From IMG/VR virus record IMGVR_UViG_3300032334_002567, positions 124,001 to 188,000 of that record: a stretch of 64,000 nucleotides of DNA; one strand, 5' to 3'. Shown here piece by piece: positions 19,805 to 30,165 of this stretch. The notes beneath the pieces are model-generated. The model searched no databases. It had not been told where the DNA came from and worked only from the letters and a program-made list of their open reading frames with translations. The stretch's first letter is position 1, and every line of letters starts with the position of its first letter. A program made the position numbers and the translations under genes.

Positions 19805-20293
19805 ATGCAAAATAAATATTCTATAATATCGATAAAAGAAGCACCAAAATCAGTTTCAACTCCTACTAAAGATCTTGTTCTTCTTTTTAAGACATGCAAT
19901 CAAATGGAGAAGCTGTGCAGAGAGAATGGTGGAGTTGGTCTACATGCCATACAAGTTGGCCTTCCTTGGGACCTATTCATTATTAATAGAAATGAAAATT
20001 ATGAGTTTTATTTTGATTGTTCTTATGAAGGCATAGGGAATACTTCTATAGCGATAGAAGGATGCCTTTCTATAAAAGATGAAACACATTTAAAACTTAG
20101 AAGATTTCAAGTTGCAAGATACTCAGAGGTGCTAGTAAAAGGCTTTAGGCTTTTATTTAGTGATGTTATAAAGTCCGAACCTTTTCAGTCTGTAGAAAAG
20201 GGTACTCAAGCAGTAATATTCCAGCATGAGATAGATCATTCTTCGGGAATTTCAATTGCGGATTTTGGAAAAGAAATTCAACTTATTACTTAG
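19805..20293 (+). CDS. def: peptide deformylase
   Basis: GVGLHAIQVG, EGCLS, QHEIDH. Confidence 0.92.
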   Translation: MQNKYSIISIKEAPKSVSTPTKDLVLLFKTCNQMEKLCRENGGVGLHAIQVGLPWDLFIINRNENYEFYFDCSYEGIGNTSIAIEGCLSIKDETHLKLRRFQVARYSEVLVKGFRLLFSDVIKSEPFQSVEKGTQAVIFQHEIDHSSGISIADFGKEIQLIT

Positions 20294-20299
20294 GAGATT

Positions 20300-20584
20300 A
20301 TGCAAATGTTGAGTGCAAAACATCTTAAAGACGTTTGTTTGGTTGGAAGCAATTCAAGCGAAAAATGCAGGTATTTAGCAGAAGATGAAACTGAAACTTC
20401 AAAGTATTATTGTCTAAAGAAGTCTTCTAGGGCGAAAGATGTTGACATAGAATTAGAAGATTTTATAAACGAAATGAGAAAAAGAGGAAAAGATCCTTCT
20501 AAAGAAAACGTTCCTATGGGCAACAACTGTTCCGGCTATCCTATTCTTCGTCATAAAGAGCAAGGTTACGATAAAAAAAGTTAA
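20300..20584 (+). CDS. Cys-containing hypothetical protein
   Basis: AGGAG RBS; 94 aa. Confidence 0.55.
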   Translation: MQMLSAKHLKDVCLVGSNSSEKCRYLAEDETETSKYYCLKKSSRAKDVDIELEDFINEMRKRGKDPSKENVPMGNNCSGYPILRHKEQGYDKKS

Positions 20585-21076
20585 TTATTCTAGATTTGAT
20601 TCAAGAGTACCAAGCACTTGTTTTGCAATTCCTTTTTTTGCTGCTTCACGTAATATCCGATCATTTATTTCTGCGTCGTTGATATTCGTCACTTCTTTTG
20701 CAAGTATTGATATTGTTTTTTCTTTTTCTGCAATTTTATTTCTATGCCATAGAATCATTGCAATCGTAGCTATTGCGAATACAAGCATTAGGGCTCCATC
20801 TCCTTGTAGTATTTGTACCCCACTATTTTCATTGTCTGAAAGTTTTGAGCTTATGTTTATTAGTCCATTTTGTACTTCTTTTAATTGACTTCCAAGTATG
20901 TCTGTGTTTTGCTTTAATTTTCCAATCTCTGCAATTATCCCATTTTGATTAGACTTTATTTCTTCTATTTTGCCATTAGGGTTGTTGATTCTCTGTTGGC
21001 TTCTAGGGCTGAAGTTGGAACAACCGGAAATCATTAGTACAAGACAAAATATTGTTAATATCTTTATGGTTTTCAT
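20585..21076 (-). CDS. lipoprotein with coiled coil and downstream TM helix
   Basis: Start MKTIKILT after GAGG; lipobox ISGC; coiled coil; hydrophobic ALMLVFAIATIAMILW. Confidence 0.6.
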   Translation of the reverse strand: MKTIKILTIFCLVLMISGCSNFSPRSQQRINNPNGKIEEIKSNQNGIIAEIGKLKQNTDILGSQLKEVQNGLINISSKLSDNENSGVQILQGDGALMLVFAIATIAMILWHRNKIAEKEKTISILAKEVTNINDAEINDRILREAAKKGIAKQVLGTLESNLE

Positions 21077-21159
21077 TTTTACCTCTATGGTATGTATTGA
21101 CAAACAGTAAAAATTATTGTATAAAGATATTCTTATTTGGTTGATAACTTGGAGGCTTT

Positions 21160-21600
21160 ATGAGCTCTTTAATGGAAATTAGTTGTGATTTTGATGATTA
21201 TGAAGAAGAATCAGAATATTCTCAAGAACAAGAAAAAGAGATGCTTTTTTTTGCAACAGCTTTTTACGGTGATGCAAAATACCTAGCAAAACAGTACATT
21301 GCCCAGTTTTTTCAAGATAAAAGACTGTTTTGTGGCGGTAAAATTCCTAGTAAACTTCTTTTAGAAGATAATAATATTTCAATAGTACTAGATTATGATA
21401 TAATAAATAGTGTAAAAAGAGCTTATAATAGTTTAAAGGACCATTCTGTTTCTTCGGAGTCTTTGGGAGAGGTTACGGGTGATATACGTTTGGTAAGTGG
21501 CATACTAGGGGATCTTGCCAAGTCTAATGTGCCACAGCAATTCGCAGGGGGAATGATGCTCCTTTATTTAAAATTGGTTGAGGGAATTAATATTGGTTAG
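21160..21600 (+). CDS. hypothetical protein
   Basis: GGAGG RBS; TTGACA upstream. Confidence 0.55.
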   Translation: MSSLMEISCDFDDYEEESEYSQEQEKEMLFFATAFYGDAKYLAKQYIAQFFQDKRLFCGGKIPSKLLLEDNNISIVLDYDIINSVKRAYNSLKDHSVSSESLGEVTGDIRLVSGILGDLAKSNVPQQFAGGMMLLYLKLVEGINIG

Positions 21601-21895
21601 TAAAAAGGATTTGGACTTCTTATCGAGAGAATTTGAGAACTTTGAAGTTCCAAAAGAAAAAAGATTTTTATTAAAATACTTTAAACAAGAAGTACAGCAG
21701 GCTTTTCTGCGGTACTATTTGGTTTTTGGTAGTTATAATAATTTCGTTGACCATACTGGATTTTATTGTCAAGAAAGGTGGTTGAAGGTTCTACATAAGA
21801 AGCTTGTCGAACTTGAAAGGGTGCACAAACTCTTTAAGTCTAACATAGATTTAGAGTCATTATTACTTGTAGAATCAGGAAATTATAAACTTTAA
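21578..21895 (+). CDS. hypothetical protein
   Basis: ORF within the co-directional cluster; start uncertain. Confidence 0.5.
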   Translation: MRELILVSKKDLDFLSREFENFEVPKEKRFLLKYFKQEVQQAFLRYYLVFGSYNNFVDHTGFYCQERWLKVLHKKLVELERVHKLFKSNIDLESLLLVESGNYKL

Positions 21896-21904
21896 GGAGG
21901 CCAT

Positions 21905-22270
21905 ATGGATCCAATATTTGAATCAAAATCTTCTGTGCCGAATCACCAAATAGATGCTTGGCTCGCAGCGGTTGATAAGCTCCACAAAGCAGTTGCTGAA
22001 CTACAGGCTGCTAAGGAGAAAGCCAAGAGAAAGTTAGGAACTAAAATATCTGTTCCTTCCAAAAGAAAAGAAGAAAATATGCCGCAGGATAAGAATAAGG
22101 AGAACAAGGGTAAAGATAAAGAAAAACCCGATACAGATGATTCTGAAATTGAAAAGTCATCAAAGCCTTCCAAGACTAAGAAGAAACCAGTTGAAAAAAT
22201 AGAAAAAGCAGAAAAGAAGCCCTCAACAAGGGGCAGGAAACCTAAAGTAAACAAAGAAGAAGAGGTTTAG
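21905..22270 (+). CDS. Lys/Glu-rich hypothetical protein
   Basis: AAGGAGG RBS; charged low-complexity tail with RGRKPK. Confidence 0.55.
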   Translation: MDPIFESKSSVPNHQIDAWLAAVDKLHKAVAELQAAKEKAKRKLGTKISVPSKRKEENMPQDKNKENKGKDKEKPDTDDSEIEKSSKPSKTKKKPVEKIEKAEKKPSTRGRKPKVNKEEEV

Positions 22271-22492
22271 TTGAACATGAGCGAATATACAATTTCTTCA
22301 ATTATTAGTCGTGTCTACGGTGAATTTAAAAGCATCATAGATAAAGAAAAGAATACACCAATTGATAGCTCTAATAGTTTGTATCCTTATAGTGTAACCA
22401 CGACTACGACCACAACGTATTATACAAAGTCAAAAAAACGTGATCCCGCAAGAAGGCATAATAAAAATTATCTATCTTAAAGTTTTTGTTAT

Positions 22493-22912
22493 ATGACAAA
22501 ACAAAGTTCTGAAGATAAAATTGTTCGTGGAGTTAAGAACTCTTTTGTTTTTGAGGTGTCTCAAGAACGTACTGGTATTATTTTAGTGGTCGCCAATAGG
22601 AATGAATCTTACAATAAAACAACTAAAATAAGTTGCTACCAAGGATGTGCTTTAGGGGGGTATGCATACGATACACAGTCTGATTGCTATATAATTAGTT
22701 GTGCTGACTATATTTATTTGGGAGATATACCCTTTTCTTTAAAAATGTTCGTAGAAGAAGATACAAATTGGAGCTGTAGGGTGCCTGTTCCTTCTTCAAA
22801 GATTAAAAAGTATCTTTCAAATTCTCAAAAAAGAGATGTAAAAACTTTTGTTAGTAAGTTTGACAATGAAGATTATCGTTTTTACTATATACAAGTTATT
22901 AATCCTAATTAG
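22493..22912 (+). CDS. hypothetical protein
   Basis: 139-aa ORF. Confidence 0.5.
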   Translation: MTKQSSEDKIVRGVKNSFVFEVSQERTGIILVVANRNESYNKTTKISCYQGCALGGYAYDTQSDCYIISCADYIYLGDIPFSLKMFVEEDTNWSCRVPVPSSKIKKYLSNSQKRDVKTFVSKFDNEDYRFYYIQVINPN

Positions 22913-22949
22913 CTGCCTATTTTTATTCACTTTACGCATAAATACAATC

Positions 22950-23657
22950 ATGGGATGCAACAACACAAATATCAATAATAGCGGGTATATTCCAAATTCA
23001 GGCTACAATTGCGTTGATGAATATGGTTGCTCGGCTGCTTGTCCAGATTTTTCAATACGCAGGAATGACACCAAGCCAGATTTCAGGCTCCAAATGCAAG
23101 ATTGTGATGGTCCTATGGACTTAACAGATCTTGTTCTGGAAAGCAGTATGTGGGCAAGGGGTAAATTAAAGTCTACGATTGAGGACGACTCTACTCAAAT
23201 ATCTTTTGCAGACAATGTTGGATTTTACCAAGTTGCTATTAATGACGTAATTATAATGGACAGACCAAGAAGCCCAGAGAAAATGTTGGTAACTGGAATA
23301 GATGAAGTTTCTAAAATTATAACGGTAGAAAGAGCCCACGACAGCACTGATGCTCAACCTTGGAAAAAAGGTTCTCCTTTAAGAATAATTAAATTTTTGA
23401 ATGCTGATGCACAAACTGAAATGCTTTATGAGGATGTAACGGAGCTTGACGGCACAGTAAACCAGAATGTTTTAATTGAAAGTTACTTTGTTTATAACTG
23501 GGACATTGCTGACACCTTACTTCCGGGTTGCTATTACTTTGAATTTAAGTTAATAAAGTTAAATGAATCTTCTGAAGTCGAATGGATGAGAAGATTTCCA
23601 ACAGACCGAGAAGGTTTTTTAATAAAGATAAATGACACAATTCCTAGCGAAGCTTAG
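22950..23657 (+). CDS. putative virion structural protein (BppU-like Ig domain)
   Basis: Likely start MGCNN after a TAAATA box; FSIRRNDTKP ... YNW..DT..PG.Y..EF pattern of baseplate-upper-type domains. Confidence 0.5.
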   Translation: MGCNNTNINNSGYIPNSGYNCVDEYGCSAACPDFSIRRNDTKPDFRLQMQDCDGPMDLTDLVLESSMWARGKLKSTIEDDSTQISFADNVGFYQVAINDVIIMDRPRSPEKMLVTGIDEVSKIITVERAHDSTDAQPWKKGSPLRIIKFLNADAQTEMLYEDVTELDGTVNQNVLIESYFVYNWDIADTLLPGCYYFEFKLIKLNESSEVEWMRRFPTDREGFLIKINDTIPSEA

Positions 23658-23670
23658 GTTGGAGACATAG

Positions 23671-25278
23671 ATGCCGTCAGTTGCCGAATTTCTGATTGAA
23701 AGACTGGGTAACTTTGGTGTAAAGCACATATTCGGAGTTCCCGGAGATTATCTAGTGGACTTCATCAATAGTGCAAATCAAAGCGAAAAAGTTGTTTTTG
23801 TAAACAATACTGATGAGAATCATTCTGGATTTGCAGCGGATGCTTATGCAAGAGCACATGGTATAGGTTGTGTTTGTGCCACCTACAGTGTTGGAGCATT
23901 AAAATTATGTAATGCCGTGGCAGGAGCATACGCAGAGAAGTCCCCAATAATAGTTATAAGTGGTTCTCCTGGAATTAAAGAGCGTAACGAGGACTTTCTT
24001 TTGCATCATGTTGTTGAAAGCTTTGATAATCAACAAAAAATATTTAAACATATTACATGCCATAGTGTTGTTCTAGACGATGCCACTACGGCTGGCTGGA
24101 AGATTGATAATGCCTTAGAAATTATAAAACAAAATAAGCAACCAATTTATATTGAGTTACCCAGAGACATTGCAACACAGCCGATTAAATATGATGTCTA
24201 CAGACAAGGCACACCAGAAAGCCAAAAGAGCGATGAAGATTCCCTGAAAGATTCTATACAAGAAACCGCTGAGTGGTTGGTTTTATCAAAGAATCCTGTG
24301 ATTATGGTTGGGGTTCAAATCACTAGATTTGGCTTAAATGAACAGCTAATTAGGTTTGCAGAAAAACATAATATTCCGATGGTCACGACACTTTTGAGTA
24401 AGTCATCTGTGAATGAAGACCATCCTCTTTTTGCCGGTGTTTATTGCGGAAATCAAACTAGCCAAGATCATGTTAGAAATATTGTAGACGGATCAGACTG
24501 TCTACTAATATTGGGTGAAATGCTTACTGATATGATTGCTGGGTTCGAAACGCCAAAGTTTACTAAAAAACAAATTATATTTTGCTCAACAGAAGGGTTA
24601 AAAATTAAGAATCATGTTTTTAAAGACGTAAAATTTTTAGATTTCTGTAGAGGGTTTTTTAAGTTAGAGCTTGGCAAAAAAGAAGCCCCATGCATAAAAA
24701 AACCAGAAATTCTAGAATTTGTTCCTTCTAACAATACGATAACTGTTGAAAGATTCTTTCAAAAAATAAACAGTATTTTAAATGAAAAAGTTGCTGTTGT
24801 AGCTGATATAGGTGAATGTCTATTAGGTGCATCTAGTTTGAAAGTTTGTCAACATCATTTTATAAGCCCTGCTTTTTATTGCAGTATGGGCTTAGCGATT
24901 CCCGGAGCACTTGGGCTTCAATTGGCAAAGCCCAATATTCGTCCCATAGTTTTAGTTGGTGACGGAGCTTTCCAGATGTCGCTATCAGAATTAAGTACAA
25001 TACTCCAACATAAATTAAATCCGATTGTATTTGTTTTAAATAATAAAGGATATGCAACAGAAAAATTACTTGAAAAAAATATTTCTATAAGAGACTGGAA
25101 TTACCATAAAGTATTTGATATGATGGTTGGTGGTTTTGGATATAAAGCAGTAACAGAAGAAGAACTAGAAAGTTCTATAAAATTGGCTTTAAATTCAGTT
25201 GAACTTTCTGTTATTAATGTATGTCTAGAAACCGGTTCTTCTTTACTAAAAGGTATCAATAGTTCTCCAAAGGCATAA
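23671..25278 (+). CDS. TPP-dependent alpha-keto-acid decarboxylase (pyruvate/indolepyruvate decarboxylase family)
   Basis: FGVPGDY, E..GFAADAYAR, LLHH, GDGAFQM...NNKGY. Confidence 0.9.
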   Translation: MPSVAEFLIERLGNFGVKHIFGVPGDYLVDFINSANQSEKVVFVNNTDENHSGFAADAYARAHGIGCVCATYSVGALKLCNAVAGAYAEKSPIIVISGSPGIKERNEDFLLHHVVESFDNQQKIFKHITCHSVVLDDATTAGWKIDNALEIIKQNKQPIYIELPRDIATQPIKYDVYRQGTPESQKSDEDSLKDSIQETAEWLVLSKNPVIMVGVQITRFGLNEQLIRFAEKHNIPMVTTLLSKSSVNEDHPLFAGVYCGNQTSQDHVRNIVDGSDCLLILGEMLTDMIAGFETPKFTKKQIIFCSTEGLKIKNHVFKDVKFLDFCRGFFKLELGKKEAPCIKKPEILEFVPSNNTITVERFFQKINSILNEKVAVVADIGECLLGASSLKVCQHHFISPAFYCSMGLAIPGALGLQLAKPNIRPIVLVGDGAFQMSLSELSTILQHKLNPIVFVLNNKGYATEKLLEKNISIRDWNYHKVFDMMVGGFGYKAVTEEELESSIKLALNSVELSVINVCLETGSSLLKGINSSPKA

Positions 25279-25284
25279 AAAATA

Positions 25285-25815
25285 ATGTCGATAGATCCAG
25301 AAGATTTTAGAATTAATTGGAAGATTAAATCTTTTCAAGTTCGTGTTGTCATGGATGACAAACAACTTGGTGTAATGAATACAGATAAGGCAAGAAGGAT
25401 TGCCGAAGAAGCTGGGCTCGACTTGGTTGAAGTCGCCCCAGCAGCAAAGCCACCTGTTTGTAAAATAATTGATTATGGACGCTTTAAATACGAACAACAA
25501 CTTAAGAAAAAAGAGCAGGCTAAAAAACAAAAAGAATCTAAGGTTCAAATAAAGGAATTAAGATTAAGGCCTACTATAGCTGACAACGATATAGCCGTTA
25601 AAATTTCACAAGCCAAGGATTTTTTGGAAGACAGGATGAAAGTTCAGTTTAATCTGATGTTTAAGGGTCAAAGAGAACTGATACATAAAGAAAAAGGTTT
25701 TACAGTTATAAATCATATTATTTCAAGTTTATCTGAGGTTTCTCTTTTAGATAGGCCTCCAAAGCTTGATGGAAATAAAATAATTTGTTGTTTAAGTCCT
25801 AAAGTATCATCATGA
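25285..25815 (+). CDS. infC: translation initiation factor IF-3
   Basis: RIN..I...VRV, LDLVEVAPAAKPPVCKIIDYGRFKYE, KELRLRP. Confidence 0.95.
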   Translation: MSIDPEDFRINWKIKSFQVRVVMDDKQLGVMNTDKARRIAEEAGLDLVEVAPAAKPPVCKIIDYGRFKYEQQLKKKEQAKKQKESKVQIKELRLRPTIADNDIAVKISQAKDFLEDRMKVQFNLMFKGQRELIHKEKGFTVINHIISSLSEVSLLDRPPKLDGNKIICCLSPKVSS

Positions 25816-26822
25816 AGTTCAAAAGTAGTGTTCCAAAAACTCAAGAAGTTTGTTTTTCTCTTTTGAGTAAGTCTGACAAAGGAATATACATTTCTGGACG
25901 CAGAGATATATTGGCCTCATTGTCGCTAAAAAAAGTAAGACAATTACTTAAAGAATTTACTGATACTGTATTTGAAGGTAAAGTAGATGAGACTCATCCT
26001 GATATTTTAGAGATTTTTTATTCTTTGATAGAAGGAAATTTCTCAGAAGAGAAGATAATTTCTTCAATTTCTAAAGTAACTTCTTTTTCTTCTTTTAAAA
26101 CAAGGCTTATAAAAAACAAATCACTTAGAGAAGAAATAAGATCTTTAAAAAATGTTCAAAATATTGATCTATATTCTTTCTGCAAAAATCTACAAAGTAA
26201 TTGGGAGTCATCTCCTGATTCTTTTGATAAATTTATGAGGTTTGATGAGTCTTACAAAAATGATATTAAGCTGGCGAATAAGAAGGCAAAAAGATACGAA
26301 GAAATAGGGTGCATGTTTCTAGCAGATGAAGTTAAGAATTCTATTGGTCTTATAGAAGAGACAAACAAGTTGTATTACGGTTTTCACCCTATCAGTATAC
26401 TTTCAACTTCAACTATTTTAGCTAAGATAATGGGGTTTCACATATCAGAAAACTTGATTGTAGGGCATATTGCTCCGTACGGTGAGGTTCTTTATGAGCC
26501 AAGAGTTTACCCTCTTCGTGCTTTTTTTGATATAGCTTCTAAAAGAACAAAGAAGGCATTAAAGATTTTAGAAAAATTTCCACAAGCAAACGAAAAACCC
26601 ATATTCGACAATTTTTGTGTGGTTGTGCCAAGTATACAGATAATACAACAAAGTGATGAGAACTATTGTTTCTTGGACTGTGAAAATATTTTCCAAACTT
26701 ACAAATCAAAGCATGAAGCATTGAATGCTTTCGACCGTAGCTTAATTAGAAACAAACTCATTCATGCCGTATTGCTCGGTGAAAAAGACGAAAAATGTTA
26801 TTTTTTGAACTTTTTTGATTGA
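25812..26822 (+). CDS. hypothetical protein
   Basis: 336-aa ORF overlapping the infC stop (ATGA). Confidence 0.6.
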   Translation: MKFKSSVPKTQEVCFSLLSKSDKGIYISGRRDILASLSLKKVRQLLKEFTDTVFEGKVDETHPDILEIFYSLIEGNFSEEKIISSISKVTSFSSFKTRLIKNKSLREEIRSLKNVQNIDLYSFCKNLQSNWESSPDSFDKFMRFDESYKNDIKLANKKAKRYEEIGCMFLADEVKNSIGLIEETNKLYYGFHPISILSTSTILAKIMGFHISENLIVGHIAPYGEVLYEPRVYPLRAFFDIASKRTKKALKILEKFPQANEKPIFDNFCVVVPSIQIIQQSDENYCFLDCENIFQTYKSKHEALNAFDRSLIRNKLIHAVLLGEKDEKCYFLNFFD

Positions 26823-26850
26823 TTGCATAAAATATTTAAATGGAGGCTTT

Positions 26851-28335
26851 GTGGAAAAGTATATTGGCAAAAACTTTGTAGATGGTAGTTGGATAGCACA
26901 AAGAGAAGACTTTTTGAGTTACAATCCATCCACAGAAGAAATTATTGGCGGATTTCCTCAGACTAATTCTGAAGAGATAACTCATTCCTTGAAAGTAGCC
27001 AGAAAAGGTTTTGATGTTTGGCGAAAGATTTCAAAAGTAAAAAGAGCAGATTACTTTTGGTCCCTTTGCAAAATTCTAGAGCAGAGAGTTGGCGACGTAG
27101 CTAAAGCAATTTCTTTGGAAACTGGTAAAAACCTTAATGAAAGTAAGGCCGAAGTTATTGAGGCTTTACATATGGCTCAGTATTGTTTTGGAAAAGGGAG
27201 AGAAACTTCTGGAGATATTGTTCCCTCTGAAATTGCAGAAAAAGATTGTTATATTGTTCGAAAACCTAAGGGTGTAGTTGCAATAATAGCACCATGGAAT
27301 TTTCCCTTTGCTATTGGTGGTTTTTGGTGTGCTGGCCCTTCTCTTATTGAAGGAAATACCGTTGTTTTTAAGCCTAGTGAATTAACACCCATGGTCGGAC
27401 AGATAACCGCAGAACTTTTTGATCAAGCGGGATTTCCCAAAGGCGTATTTAACTTAATTCATGGAGATGGTGAGGTTGGGGCCAAAATAGTCAATAGCGA
27501 TTTAGTGGATCATATATGCTTTACAGGCAGTGCAGAAGTAGGCAGGTCAATAAGAGTTGCTTGTGCAAATAGTTGGCACAAAACATGTAGTTGTGAAATG
27601 GGCAGTAAGTCTGCTGTGGTTGTTTTAAACGACGCAGATATTGACTTAGCTGTTTCCGCTTGCATAAATAGTGCTTTTAAACTAAGCGGACAGAGATGTG
27701 TTTCGGCTGGAAGACTATTGATACAAAGAGATATTCTTCCTGAATTTAAGCAAAGATTTTTAAGTGAATTACATTTATCTGGCTATGGCGATCCTTTTAA
27801 TATGGATAAGTCTAAAAATTATTCTGTTTATTTTGGTCCTCTAATTAGTAAAGATCAAAAAGAAAGGGTATCTTGTTTTAATCAAAAGGCGAGAGAAGAT
27901 AAAGATGTGACCATACTTTACGACATAATCAGCCCAGAGCCTAAGGGAAATTACTTAGCACCTTTTGTTTACCAGTGTGAGTGGGGCGATAAAGAATTTC
28001 TAAAAAATGAGGTATTTGGGCCACATCTAGCAATTATACCTTTTGATACGGTAGAACAAGCAATTGAGATTTATAATGATACCGAGTATGGTTTATCTTT
28101 GGGGTTGATAACTAATGACTTTAAAAAAGCACGACAGTTTAGAGACAACTGTGACTTTGGTTTGGGCTATTGGAACGGAGGCAGTATTGCGGCAGAGTCA
28201 CACCTTCCTTTTGGCGGCGTCAAAAAATCTGGCAATGGCAGCCCTTCTGCTGCTGGTTTATTTGATGGTGTTGTTCACAAGGTTACATGGACTGTTAACC
28301 ATGGAGCCTTATCATTTCCACAGGGCTTAAAATAA
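26851..28335 (+). CDS. NAD(P)-dependent aldehyde dehydrogenase
   Basis: PWNFP, KPSE, FTGS, EMGSK, GQRC, EVFGP, PFGG; GTG start after GGAGG (TTG at 26815 is an alternative). Confidence 0.92.
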   Translation: MEKYIGKNFVDGSWIAQREDFLSYNPSTEEIIGGFPQTNSEEITHSLKVARKGFDVWRKISKVKRADYFWSLCKILEQRVGDVAKAISLETGKNLNESKAEVIEALHMAQYCFGKGRETSGDIVPSEIAEKDCYIVRKPKGVVAIIAPWNFPFAIGGFWCAGPSLIEGNTVVFKPSELTPMVGQITAELFDQAGFPKGVFNLIHGDGEVGAKIVNSDLVDHICFTGSAEVGRSIRVACANSWHKTCSCEMGSKSAVVVLNDADIDLAVSACINSAFKLSGQRCVSAGRLLIQRDILPEFKQRFLSELHLSGYGDPFNMDKSKNYSVYFGPLISKDQKERVSCFNQKAREDKDVTILYDIISPEPKGNYLAPFVYQCEWGDKEFLKNEVFGPHLAIIPFDTVEQAIEIYNDTEYGLSLGLITNDFKKARQFRDNCDFGLGYWNGGSIAAESHLPFGGVKKSGNGSPSAAGLFDGVVHKVTWTVNHGALSFPQGLK

Positions 28336-28344
28336 GGAGTTAAT

Positions 28345-28755
28345 ATGAGCACCCCAGAAACCTTAATTCTTTCAAGACAGGAATTAATTGATTTTGCTAA
28401 AGAAATATATTCTGATTCGTGTGCAGGTTACATGGATTTAAAAGATACAACGTGTCAGAGTAAAGTCGATAAATTATTTGACCAAAAAAAGTCTTTTATA
28501 AAAAGAGATTATCAACAATCTCAATTTAATTGGGAGACCGGAGGCAACAATTCTATGTATAATACAGTCACATTTAGCACAAGCCACTATGGACTGGATA
28601 TGTCGGGCTATACCTTGGACACGTCTAATTTGAGCGTAATCGTACCAAACGATCTACAGCTAGTTCCTAGTACTGTTTTGGCTAATGAAACTAATATTAC
28701 AAATTTTTTAAACCCACACTCTATTGAGGGTGAAGATTCAAACACTAGTTTTTAA
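28345..28755 (+). CDS. hypothetical protein
   Basis: AAGGAG RBS. Confidence 0.55.
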   Translation: MSTPETLILSRQELIDFAKEIYSDSCAGYMDLKDTTCQSKVDKLFDQKKSFIKRDYQQSQFNWETGGNNSMYNTVTFSTSHYGLDMSGYTLDTSNLSVIVPNDLQLVPSTVLANETNITNFLNPHSIEGEDSNTSF

Positions 28756-28763
28756 GGAAAAAA

Positions 28764-29159
28764 ATGAATAAGATATTAAACTCAGATGGTTCACCAATGC
28801 TTACCCCTATTCCAAAGATTTCAGCTGTAAAGCCAGCGGGTTCACAGGTTCTAGTGGAGATTTTAACTGCACAAGAATTGATGGGAACAACTTTAACATT
28901 AGCAGAGAACACAGACCTAAAGGTACCTTTGCAGGGTTATATTAGAGGCGTTGGCCCATCCTTTAATCAAGATGCTTGGGGTTTTAACTTAGGTGATAGA
29001 GTGCTCATCTCTGGTGGTGGTGTTCTAGCTCCAAACTATGACGATACTCATAGAGATCGATTTTTTATGGAGCCACACGCTATAAAGAGTGTATTAATCG
29101 AAGAAAGTGACCCAGTCGAGGAAGTTGATCAATCAGGCAGCTATAATGAATCCCTATAA
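28764..29159 (+). CDS. GroES-like co-chaperonin
   Basis: VKPAGSQVLVE...G.IRGVG...LGDRVL. Confidence 0.65.
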   Translation: MNKILNSDGSPMLTPIPKISAVKPAGSQVLVEILTAQELMGTTLTLAENTDLKVPLQGYIRGVGPSFNQDAWGFNLGDRVLISGGGVLAPNYDDTHRDRFFMEPHAIKSVLIEESDPVEEVDQSGSYNESL

Positions 29160-30165
29160 TGCATTAGGAGTAGAATCTAATTCTACCCTTGATGATATAA
29201 AAAAAGCTTATAGAGACTTAGTTAAGAAGTATCATCCTGATTTAAATCCTGATGATATTGAGTCGGCTAAGAGATTTAAAGAGATTCAACATGCCTATGA
29301 AATCTTGACAGGTCAATCTAGGAGAACAAACACAGAAAGGTCAAGTCCTAAGCATAATCCTTTTGATTTTGACTTTTCTGCTGATTTGTTTGGCTCTAGT
29401 ACATTCAAGGGCAAAAACGTTATTGTAAGGTTAGAGATTGATTTATTAGAATCTATCAGTGGTTGTAAGAAATTTGTAAAAGCAAAAAAAAGAAAAAGGT
29501 GCGACGATTGCGATGGACAAGGTTGCACAGATTTTTTGATTTGCGAGCAATGCTCTGGTAATGGTTTTATACAAGCTCCTAGTGTTCCGTTCACTATAAA
29601 ACAGTCTTGTCCAAATTGTGCTGGCTTAGGCAAGATAAAATTAAAAAAATGTGACAAGTGTGCAGCAACAGGTTTTTCTTCTTATGAAGAAAAGGATATA
29701 GAAGTAGAAATACCATCAGGCATACAAAACAATGCTCAGCTTAGTTTTGCTGGTGATGGAGAAGAGTCTGTTAGGGGTGGCAGGCAAGGCGATTTAATAA
29801 TTATAGTTAAGGTTAAAGATGATCCTTTATTTAAAAGAGAAGGATCTAATTTACATATAGAGGTTCCAGTTTCATATACCCAGCTTGCACTTGGTTGTGA
29901 ACTGCTTGTACCCTCTATATTTAAAGAAAGATTAATTGTTAAAATTCCTCAAGGATGTCAGCCGCAAACAAAATTTAAGGTTAAGGGAAAAGGTGTATTA
30001 ACTAAAGCTCATATAGGTGATATGATAGTGTCTTTAAAGCTCGAAATACCAAGACAGACCGACGATGAGTATAAGTCTACTTTAAAGGAACTTTCTGCTT
30101 TTGAACAAAAAAATGTTACACCACAAAGGCAAAATTGGCTTAATAATTTGGAAACTCAACAGTAA
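29146..30165 (+). CDS. dnaJ: chaperone DnaJ
   Basis: J domain with HPD; four CxxCxGxG-type repeats; C-terminal GDL/LALG domain. Confidence 0.92.
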   Translation: MNPYNALGVESNSTLDDIKKAYRDLVKKYHPDLNPDDIESAKRFKEIQHAYEILTGQSRRTNTERSSPKHNPFDFDFSADLFGSSTFKGKNVIVRLEIDLLESISGCKKFVKAKKRKRCDDCDGQGCTDFLICEQCSGNGFIQAPSVPFTIKQSCPNCAGLGKIKLKKCDKCAATGFSSYEEKDIEVEIPSGIQNNAQLSFAGDGEESVRGGRQGDLIIIVKVKDDPLFKREGSNLHIEVPVSYTQLALGCELLVPSIFKERLIVKIPQGCQPQTKFKVKGKGVLTKAHIGDMIVSLKLEIPRQTDDEYKSTLKELSAFEQKNVTPQRQNWLNNLETQQ

